Under the pieces are notes generated by a model. The model ran no database searches. It saw nothing but the letters and a program-made list of their open reading frames with translations, and was not told the origin of the DNA. Of a stretch of 64,000 bases of DNA, positions 54,354 to 64,000 are shown piece after piece. Every line of letters begins with the position of its first letter. The stretch's first letter is position 1. This DNA comes from Octopus vulgaris. Lineage: Eukaryota. The stretch is taken from contig OX597831.1 of assembly GCA_951406725.2 (NCBI GenBank), forward strand, positions 53,382,001-53,446,000, read 5' to 3'. Position numbers and translations under genes: made by a program.

Positions 54354-55996
54354 TGTGTGTGTATACGACATGCTTCTTTCAGTTTTCGTCTACCAAATCC
54401 ACTGACAAGGCTTTGATCAGCCCGAGGCTATAGTAGAAGACACTTGCCCAAGGTGCCATACAATGAGACTGAATCCAGAACCATGTGGTTGGTAAGCAAG
54501 CTACTTACCACACAGCCACTCCTGTGCCTATGTATGTATATATGTTTGGGTCTGTGTTTGTCCCCACCCCATCACTACTCAACAACCAGTGTTGGTGTAT
54601 TTGTGTCCCCCGTAACTTAGCGGCTTGGCAAAAGATACCGACTTCTTAAAAACAAAATAATAAAGTCCTGGGTTTGATTCATTCAACTAAAAATTCCAGG
54701 CAGTTCCCCAGCACGGCTACAGTCTAGTGACTGAAACAAGTAAAAGGTAAAGGACCATATTGTCTTTCTGTTCTGTAATGACGGATGGGGAGTGTAACGA
54801 TAAGTCATAGGAAAGGGAGCAACTAAGGGAGCAAAATGTTGGGTCATGGGCACTATAAGATTCTAGAGATATTTTTGAGTGCAAGTAGACTCGATAATTA
54901 AGATAAGGTTAGCATTTATCTTGCAGTGGTGTTGGCTGGTGTTAAATCTGCATTGTGCTTTCTAATCTTCAATGGTGAAAGCATTATTATCATAAAGTTT
55001 AGCAATTGTTTTTTGTTTTTTTCAGTTACAAACATATGCTTTAAATGTTGTCATACATGTGCAACATAATTTCTTATCATTGCACAGCACCGTCACACAT
55101 AATGTAATGTTATTCAAGGCACACTGAAATGGGAAACCTAATTTGCTGCCTAATTTAATATTGGTTTCAAATTTTGGCACAAAGCCAGCAGTTTTTGGCT
55201 AGGGGTTACGTCAATTACATCAACCCCAGTGTTGAGCTGGTACATTTTTTTATCAACCCCAAAAGGATGAAAGGCAAATTTGAACTCAGAACATAGAGGT
55301 GGAAGAAATGCCAATAAGCATTTTTCCCAGCCTGCCAATGATTCTGCCAGTTAACTGCCTTTGCCTTGTTTAATATTACCAACTGGTTCCTCGGAATTGT
55401 TCTGCAGAGTCTGCTCTGCTGCAACCATTTGGATGATAATAACTTACTGTCTTAATACATTGCTTCCAGCTTCACCTTTTATTGAATAACACTTTCATAT
55501 TTAGTCAGCACAGATGGAATTGGTTCTCCGATAGACATGACCGCTGCCATAAAGAACATGCTTATCTTATTTACTGGTGGTTTCACCTGCAGTCATAGAT
55601 TTCTAGCTAGATTACTTTCAGAATTAACCTTTTTGATACCACTTTCCTGAAACCATCTCTGGTTTTAGGATAGAAACTTCTTACTTAAAGATGGTTTAAT
55701 CCTTTAGCATTCATATTACCTTGTCAAATGTAATACTTATTCACATTGTTTTGAAGTAATCTTAAAATAAAATAAATAGCAGTTGAGCACCAAGGTTGAT
55801 GTATTCAACTTAGTGCCTCCCCTAAAATTTGAAATCAATAAATATAGCAGTTAGGTTAAATCAGTTTTTTTTTTTTAAATGTTAATTTTAGAGTGAATAT
55901 TAATTTCAATGTTCAGCTTTAATTACAGTATATAATACTGTGCCAGGGCCCATAGTAAGCCACTGGTTTTAACCTGTTCAATTCTCTTTGTTGCAG

Positions 55997-56183
55997 TGGG
56001 TTGGGTCAGTTGACAGGATCAACAATGATGATGCCCATTTTAATGTACAAGTCACTGGTTCTACTTTGCATGAGCAAAATGAAGAAATCGCAAAGAAACT
56101 CTCAGAAAGTCTTGCTGGGAACAAGTTAGATGCCATATTGTGTGTCGCAGGAGGATGGGCTGGTGGCAACGCTGATTCTAAAG
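55997..56183 (+). CDS. QDPR: QDPR exon 2
   Basis: ttgcag| acceptor and G|GTAAGT donor, 187 nt. Encodes WVGSVD...KLDAILCVAGGWAGGNADSK, the DHPR signature. Confidence 0.96.
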
Positions 56184-56895
56184 GTAAGTTGGTTATATTG
56201 TCACTACCTAAATTTATTGCACACTTGGTGAATGTGTGCATGTATGTGTTTGTGAGTGTGTGTGTATTTGTGTGCATATGTCTGAGTATGTATATGCACA
56301 TCTGTGCTTTTGTGTATGTATGCACAACTGTCTGTGTGCATGTCTGCCTGTGTGCACGTCTCATGTTTGCATGCATGCATGTCTCTTTACATATATCTAT
56401 TTCTTTACTACCCACAAGGTGCTAAACACAGAAAGGTCAGACAAACAGATTAAATCGACCCCAGTGCGTAACTGGTACTTAATTTATCGACCCCGAAAGG
56501 ATGAAAGGCAAAGTTGACCTCGGCGGAATTTTAACTCAGAATGTGAAAACAGACGAAATACCGCTAAACATTCTGTCCGGTGTGCTAACGATTCTGCCAG
56601 CTCACCACTTTACATATATCTGTCTGCACATGTCAGTACATGTGGTGTTTGTGTGTAACTGTCTGTGAATGTGTCTGGCTAGCTGTCTGTATGTTTGTGT
56701 CTCTGTGAATGTGTCCATGCAGTTGTTTGTCAGTCAGTCTTTTAATTGGAGATGAACAACAGGAATAGTTAATTGTGGTGAAACTCAATAGAATGAAATA
56801 AAGTATTGTATTGTATTCTCAATTTTCCTCTTTCATATTAAATGGTAATAATATTCATTAATATTGAAAAGAAAAATTTTATTTGTTAATTACAG

Positions 56896-57036
56896 ACTTT
56901 CTGAAGAGTGCTGATGACATGTGGAAGCAAAGTGTTTGGTCATCTGTCATTGCCTCTAGTTTAGCGGCAAAGCATTTAAAAGAAGGTGGTCTTTTGACTC
57001 TTCCAGGAGCAGCACCTGCAACTGATGGGACACCAG
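56896..57036 (+). CDS. QDPR: QDPR exon 3
   Basis: ttacag| acceptor and G|GTACTG donor, 141 nt. Encodes [47 protein letters not shown]. Confidence 0.96.
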
Positions 57037-58537
57037 GTACTGTCAGAATAAAACTATAACAGTTATAGTATGGAAGACACTTTAACCTTTCAAAAACACT
57101 CTAAATCTGTTAATTTCATCTCATCATTTATTATTTGGTGCTGAGTTTTTTTTTTTCTTTGAATGTGTCTTTCACACTACAATTGTTTTAGTTTCAGTAT
57201 GTCATCACTATGCTCTTTATCATCACCATCATCATCATTTAATGTCCGTCTTCCATGCTGGCATAGGTTGGATGGCTTGACAGGAACTGGCAAGGCCAGG
57301 GGCCACACCAGGTTCCATAATCTGTTTTGGCTTGGTTTCTATGGCTGGATGCCTTCCGAATGCCAACCACTCTACAGAGTGTACTGGGTACTTTTTCTGT
57401 GGCACAGCTATGCCTGCACCTGTGTGTGATACAACATCATAAAAAGAAATATAACATAGTAGCATGTCTTTTCTGGTGTCTTGTCCAACCTTTCTTGAAC
57501 TGTTTCTTATTTCTTTCGCTAAATTCTTCAGTCTTGTCTTTAATTGACACACACATGTTGAAGGCAACCAATTATAGAATATGATTAAAAGCATTTCTCT
57601 GATTAACTGTACTGTGATGTTTGTTGAAATATGAGGACATCATTGAACTATTGCAAGTTAACAGCAATGTATTTCAACAGAAATATTATATGAAAAAGAT
57701 TAAGGGAATTTGGCTGCTATTTCTAGTGACTACATAGTTTCCTTTATTGGCTCATGAGATCCTAGATATTGCAACTCCAGTTTTAGTTGCTGAGCATTTC
57801 TGTGTCAGAGTTGTGAACCCCTCCCCCCATACTTAAAGGCGTCTAAAGAACTTCAGTCCTTTATTGTTTAGTCGTTTTTACGTTTTATTCACTAAATACT
57901 GCCTTTTAGATCTTTTAGCTCAAATTCACTATTGGTGGTAGAATTTGATCAATGCAGGGGACAGGGTTTGTTTATTTGACTAAAGTTCGACAATATGAGA
58001 GAGTATTATATAAAATTCATTTCCTGTCACCATTGATTTTCGAATGGATGATTTCCTTGAATTTTTGTCTCAGCAGTTCTGTGTTTCCATGTCAACCAGT
58101 GTACATTATTATAAATTTGCTCAGTGATTCTCTCATTACTATTTCGGCCAGTAGAATGAAGGCTATACTTCACTGATAAAGAAAGGCATAAGCCTTAAAT
58201 CCGTTTAGAGTTGTCTCCCATATATTTGGGAAAATGAAAATTTTAGCAATTGACTAATATTGTTATTCTTGCCCCCTTCCCATTGAATAATTATTCCTAG
58301 TTACCCTATTTAACCCTCATCATATTAACACATTTGCTCTTGAGCCTCATTTCTCATTTTGTTCCAGAATCCCAATATGGTATCTTAATTTTGATATGTT
58401 AGCCATATTTTTTTCACTCTATCAATATGTGAGGCATGGATCACTGATGCTGTTTATTAACCACAATCCACCAGTAGATTGTGCAGGTCTTGCAGACGTA
58501 CCACCACAACCCTCTGGTAGGTTGTGTTGGAGTCAGC

Positions 58538-58810
58538 ATCATCATCATCATTTAATGTCCGCTTTCCATGCTAGCATGGGTTGGACGATTTGACTGAGGA
58601 CTGGCGAACCAGATGGCTGTGCCAGGCTCCAATCTGATCTGCCATTCCTAATGCCAACCACTCCAAGAGCGTAGTGGGTGCTTTTATGTGCCACCAACAC
58701 GAGGGCCAGTCAGATGGTACTGCCAACGGCCTCGCTCGAAATGGTGTTTTTTATGTGCTACCTGCACAGGAGTCAGTCCAGTGGCACTGGCAATGACCTC
58801 GCTCGAATGT
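58538..58810 (-). mobile_element. Retroposon 3' end with (CAT)n tail (RTE-like or SINE tail family)
   Basis: (CAT)n-TTAATGTCCGCTTTCCATGCTAGCATGGGTTGGAC...CCTAATGCCAACCAC. Related copies at about 31700-31890, 47565-47790, 49989-50290 and 57218-57405. Confidence 0.7.
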
Positions 58811-59765
58811 TTTCAACTACTGCATTATAAGCCTTGAGAGATCCTCCCACATAGGCCCTTAGTGCATAGATGATAGCAGACAAGAATAAATATCTAAACA
58901 CTAATTGAACTATTTCGTACAAGACCTGGGTTAAACAGTTCGTCATGGTACTCAGGAGCTTAATTGTTAGGTCACTGTCAGTGATTTATGACACCTGTAT
59001 CTATTGCAATCTAAACAAATTAATATTGGAGACAAATTGATATTGTTGTGATCATCTACAGGCCAATCCTGATAGAAAGGACCAATGATGCAGGATATTC
59101 TTGACATGGCCATCTGCCTTATTTCTTTAAACACTGTAAAATTACATACAATATCCAATGTAATCTTTTGTTTTTGAAGGCTGGTTAGAAATTGATTTGA
59201 CTGTTATTTCTAGCATATATGACAACCATTAAAGGTTCCTTCATAAACATCAGTAGATGATTATGATGGCTATCTTGAATGTCAAATGTTTGTGTTTTAT
59301 GATTTTGTTGCATCTCAAGAGGATCAATAAACTCTCTCTCTCTCACATACACACAGAGGTTCTGTTTCAGTTATATTGTTTGGATTAGTCAATTAGTCAA
59401 CCATTTAACTAATTAACGGTTTGATTAATTGTTCGGTCAAACATTCAGTCAGTTCTTTCATCGCCATTTGTGACTGCATCAAGGGCACACTCTCTCTTCA
59501 AGTCTGTCAAATAATCATTCAATTAGTTAATTAGTTAACTAATTTACTAAATAATAATGATGATAATAATAATCATAATAATGATAAGTGAAATAGAACC
59601 AGTGTATGTGTTTATAATTGGCATAATGACCGTCCCAAGATAGATAAAAGTCTGTTTCAACAAATGATCTCGTATTAAAAATCTTGCTAATCAAATACAA
59701 AAAAATAATGTTTTATGACTTTCTGTTGTAATGTATTATTTATTTTGAGTTTTCCCTTATTTCAG

Positions 59766-59874
59766 GTATGATTGGCTATGGAATGGCTAAGGCTGCTGTA
59801 CATCAATTGACCAAAAGTTTGGCTGGTGACAAAAGTGGACTCCCTTCTCGTGCTGTAGCTCTTGCCACCTTACC
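59766..59874 (+). CDS. QDPR: QDPR exon 4 with catalytic YxxxK (later exons beyond window)
   Basis: tttcag| acceptor and CC|GTAAGT donor, 109 nt. Encodes [37 protein letters not shown]. Confidence 0.96.
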
Positions 59875-60127
59875 GTAAGTTTTGACTGATCACTTCATTA
59901 GAAACAATTTCTTGCGATATTCTTGTAATAAAGATTACATATTCTAAAAGGTCTATCCTCTTTACAACATTAATCATCATCATCATCATTATTGTTGTTG
60001 CCGTTTTGTTTTAAATCTGCTTTCTCCATAGTGGCATGGGTTGGATGAAACACTTTGAGACAGTATTCTACAACTGGAGACCCTTGACTCTTGTTTACTT
60101 AGAAGTAGTCTTCACTTGTCAAACCAC

Positions 60128-60312
60128 TCTTTTACTTGTTTCAGTCATTTGACTGTAGCCATGCTGAAGCACCGCCTTTAGTCGAAGAAATCGATCCCAG
60201 GACTTATTCTTTGCAAGCCTAGTACTTATTTTGTTGGTCACTTTTGCTGAACTGCTAAGTGATGGGGACGTAAACACACCAGCATCGGTTGTCAAGCGAT
60301 GTTGGGGGACAA

Positions 60313-60363
<51 letters not shown>

Positions 60364-60532
60364 CACACCCACACATACAAGCTTCTTTCAGTTTCCATCT
60401 GCCAAATCCGCTCAAGGCTTTGGTCGGCCTGAAGCTATAGTAGAAGACACTTGCCCAAGGTGCCACGTAGTGGGACTGAACCCGGAACCATGTGGTTCAT
60501 AAGCAAGCTACTTACCACACAGCCACTCCTGC
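60128..60532 (-). mobile_element. tRNA-derived SINE (octopus OR-like, CORE-like segment), well-preserved copy
   Basis: Minus strand has A box TGGCTGTGTGG, B box GGTTCAGTCCC, GGCACCTTGGGCAAGTGTC and an internal (TG)n. Family name recalled, not searched. Confidence 0.8.
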
Positions 60533-61370
60533 AACGGTTTTTTTTTTTTTTTTTTTTTTGCAAGGTCTGTACATTTCTGCTGAGAATGCTAACACACAAA
60601 AATAAGAGGCCTGCACCTATGTGTGTATGTGTGACATAACACCAGAATAAGACAACAAATTACGTAGTCTTCACTTGTAGTAGCATTCTTTATGGCGTCT
60701 TGTTTCCACACACACGTCTTGCAGAATGTAATCAGTTATGGGATATAATTAAAAATACATTTCTGATTAACTGTACTGTGATGTTTATTGAAACACAAAG
60801 GCGTCTTTGAACATTCCTTGAATTGCTTTTGAAAGGTAAGTCACCCAACGAAGATGAAGCATTAAAATTCTATCGGCAAAAGAGACCGATAGAATAAGTA
60901 CTGGGCTTACAAAGAATAAGTCCCGGGGTCGAGTTGCTCGATTAAAGGCGGTGCACCAGCATGGCCGCAGTCAAATGACTGAAACAAGTAAAAGGGTATA
61001 TATATATATTTGTGGATTATTTTGTTTTCTATTATTCTGGCGAGAAGGGAGACAACTTTGAAAATGTTTAAAATTCCCAATATATATATCTCTGGAGATA
61101 GATGGTGAATGTTTTTATTTTTCATTCTCTTCGAAGTTTTATCCCTAATAGTGGTTTGGACTTTGGCTGTTCCTTCTAGCGTGCCAGGAATCCTATGACG
61201 GATACTTATGTGTTTAAATGTACACTGTATTTATATGAATAATATATAGTCTTTTGACTAATTTTTCTACACGTTAGGCCACTGGTAGTAAAAATTTCTA
61301 AAATCTTTATTACCCTGATATTATTAATTAATGATATATATATATATACTTAAAAGCAGCAGAAATATAA

Positions 61371-61419
61371 CAAAAGCTGTTATTTAGAGTTTCACGTTCC
61401 TGTTCGTCGGACAGTTTTG
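61371..61419 (-). ncRNA. Degenerate type I hammerhead-like motif
   Basis: Minus strand reads CAAAACTGT-CCGACGA-ACAGGAACGT-GAAACTCTAAATA-ACAGCTTTTG. Stem I pairs, the core is a variant, and stems II and III are mismatched. Confidence 0.4.
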
Positions 61420-62459
61420 GTAAAAAGAAAATTACATACAATATCCAATGTAATCTTTTGTTTTTGAAAACAGTGGCTGGAAATGGATTTCACTGTTATT
61501 TCTGACATATATGACAACCATTAAAGGTTCCTTCATAAGCATCAGTAGATGATTATGATGGATTTGTTTTTTTTTCTATTATTCTGGCGTGAAGAGAGAC
61601 AACTTTGAAAATATTATGTCTTGCCATTATTGTATAAGTATCGCTTTGCAACAAACGTATTGGTCCTTGGGCTCCTTTAGAAGTGTTCACACTGTAGAAT
61701 ATAGCAGTGTGATTTAACAAAGAATCAATGCTGATGTGACTTAAAAGTGAAACAATTCTGTTGTGATTTGACTACCTTCGCAGTCACAGGTCACACATAA
61801 GTCATACAGATCAACAGTGTATTTGTTGAGAGTTCCTGCTATGATGTAGCTATTGCTAAGACATTTTTAACACTACTTATAAGACAAGAAATTTACTATC
61901 TGTAGAGACCCTGAAACCCTTGTATATTCCCTGTCAGCAAAGCCAGATCGATACATTATCAAGAAATGAAAATACTTCAACTATTAGTTTCTATTTACTT
62001 TCCCCGGCTCTACAGTAATAAACACAAATTTCTAGTATTCAAAGCAAGTACAATGTATTATCCTATTTTTAAAAGCTTTTCAAATTGGTTACTACATATT
62101 CTTGATTCTAGGAGAGTACTCGTGTAACAAGAAGCTTCATACTGTGCACTACTTTGCAAATAATTTGTCTCTAGTACCATGATCCAGATTGAACTGAGGG
62201 ATTTCTCGTTTCTACCATGATAGCAACAAATTTTTCTGTGCACAGGACAATTATGCTGTTATAAAAAGAAAGAGTATATTGATTCTTAAAGCTTCTCGTC
62301 TGGTTTCCCTGTACAGTTGACAATCACTTGAATTTGAAAGGCAAATTTGAATGGATATATTATTTTAGAAATTACAGACCACAGTGATTTCTCTAGTGTG
62401 TTTATTGCATAAACACTGCAATGTGCCATTTACAACTATGGTTAGATGCAGCAACTTAA

Positions 62460-63026
62460 AGCCACACAGCCTATTATATTCCTACCGCTCTATGTCATGC
62501 TGGTGAGACCCATATTGGAGTACGGGATTCAAGCTTCTTCTCCTTATCTCCTCAAAGACATACAGCATCTCAAAAGAGTCCAGAAGCTGGCTACCCGCAT
62601 GGTTCTTGGTCTCAAGAATTTGTCTTATGAAGAAAGGCTGAAGATGCTCGACCTTTATTCTCTAGAAAAATGATGACGCCGTGGTGATTTCATTCTTGCT
62701 CACAACATCATAAGCGGAAAGTGTAACCTCTCGAAAGAGCTGTTCTTCACTCCTGCTCCAGAGCGTTGGCTGTGGGGTCACTCCGAAAAGCTCTATCTGC
62801 GACGATTTCATCTCAATCGAAGGAGAGGGGCTTTCTCTATCTGGGTTGCGGATCTGTGGAATAAGCTGCCGGACGAGATAGTGAAGATGCTGATGATCGC
62901 TCAGTTCAAAGTCTCCCTTGACCACAAATGGCCTGAACTCTTTGCATGAACACCACCCTGTACATAACTCCATGTCCCCCTACATGGCCTTGCTTTTTGA
63001 GCCAAAAAATTAACTTAACTTAACTT
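62460..63026 (+). mobile_element. 5'-truncated CR1-clade LINE 3' end (ORF2 C-terminus plus tail)
   Basis: LYVMLVRPILEYG...LKRVQKLATRMV...LSYEERLKMLDLYSLEK**RRGD...LWNKLPDEIV, followed by a 3' UTR ending in (TTAAC)n. Confidence 0.88.
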
Positions 63027-63814
63027 ATATCTTCAGTAGTTATTACAAGTCACATGGCCTTTGACAGGCTGCTTGCTCAGTACTTTGGTTAAATGCAACA
63101 ACTATACAATTCTATGCATTATAATGTCTGTAGTCATTAATTGTAAATCTTTTGACAGATTGCAAACACAAGGCTGATTTCTCAGAATTGTTTAATTTCT
63201 AAGTAATCATCTTTTTGTTCTATGGCAACAAATATACTTTTCTGTTGTATTTTACTGAACGATTTGTTTGTTACTAGTTCAATGAGTTATGTTAAGTTTA
63301 AAAATAGCTCTTTCTACTACAGACATAAGACATGAAATTTTTTGGATGGACGCTAGTCCAGTATATCAACCGCAGTACTCAACTAGTGCTTATCGACCCC
63401 GAACAGATGAAAGGAAAATTCGACCTCGCCAGAATTTGAAATGAGAACATATAGGCGGAATAAACGATTCTTCCTGCTCGTCGCTTTTGTTGAAGTTAAA
63501 ATAAGGACCTTATCCAGAGTTGTCCCCCGTTGTTACTCGGAAACTTAAAATAAAGTATCAGTCGAAGACAGAACCTCTAAGTGGTCCCTCCAACAACATA
63601 AAATAGCTAAATTTCCCTCATATCACAACTTGCTATCTTAAAAAAAATAATAATACATTAGATAAGGTAATTGTAGATATATTATGACTGAAATGCAGAA
63701 AGACAGGGGAGCCATGATTGAAGCACCTATGATCATAATTCTGTCAGAGCTGTCCAGATGTTAAGCAGCAATAACATCCACCACTTGGAATAGGCCTATA
63801 TTATAGAATATAAC

Positions 63815-64000
63815 AAGGTGGCAAGCTGGCAGAAACGTTAGCACGCCAGGTGAAATGCTTAGCGATATTTCATCTGTCTTTATGTTCCGAGTTTAAATTC
63901 CATGGAGGTTGACTTTGCCTTTCATCCTTTCGGGGTTGATAAATTAAGTACCAGTTGTGTACTGTGATCATCTAATCGACTGGCCCTCTCCCCCCCAAAT
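63815..64000 (+). mobile_element. Second tRNA-derived SINE family (central GCCTTTCATCCTTTCGGGGTYGATAAA..AGTACC domain)
   Basis: GGTGGCAAGCTGGCAGAAACGTTAGC head. Copies at about 15336-15520, 28360-28800, 46415-46617, 52955-53125, 55155-55360, 56450-56610 and 63310-63490. Confidence 0.72.

Noticed and set aside
55978-56517. Long ORFs (145 aa on both strands, 93 aa)
   Set aside because: Only 55997-56183 is coding (QDPR exon 2). The rest is read-through into a degenerate (TG/TA) microsatellite and its antisense shadow.
60460-60532. tRNA-like A and B boxes
   Set aside because: These are SINE heads: no cloverleaf and contiguous with the SINE body. No true tRNA or rRNA gene was seen.
61600-62100. 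Possible duplicated QDPR exon 4 or next exon after the duplicated intron blocks
   Set aside because: No translation matching GYGMAK or the expected TLDTPMNRK was found in any frame I read.
1-64000. CRISPR arrays, operons or prokaryotic defence systems
   Set aside because: The sequence is intron-rich animal DNA. Its repeats are SINEs, MITEs and microsatellites, with no regular repeat-spacer structure.

Overview
AT-rich, repeat-dense eukaryotic DNA, most likely octopus/cephalopod judging by the SINE families. It is not prokaryotic, and almost all ORFs in the supplied track are spurious. Two spliced housekeeping genes diverge head-to-head from a 465-bp, CpG-richer shared promoter. KCMF1 (ZZ/C2H2 zinc-finger E3 ligase, minus strand) has coding exons 1-5 in the window, and its remaining exons are not found and probably lie left of position 1. 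QDPR (dihydropteridine reductase, plus strand) has coding exons 1-4 in the window, and the rest lie beyond 64000. The best-supported unusual feature is a textbook U12-type AT-AC minor-spliceosome intron in KCMF1 (15221-18388). Also notable: a uORF whose stop overlaps the KCMF1 start (TAATG), two hammerhead-ribozyme-like motifs in QDPR introns, a speculative frame-preserving cassette exon with a single UGA in KCMF1 intron 5, and several inverted repeats able to form dsRNA. Introns hold two dead ~1.3-kb mariners, piggyBac-type and hAT MITEs, a non-autonomous Helitron nested in a SINE, a CR1-type LINE 3' end and many tRNA-derived SINEs. All calls were made by eye, with no database searches run.
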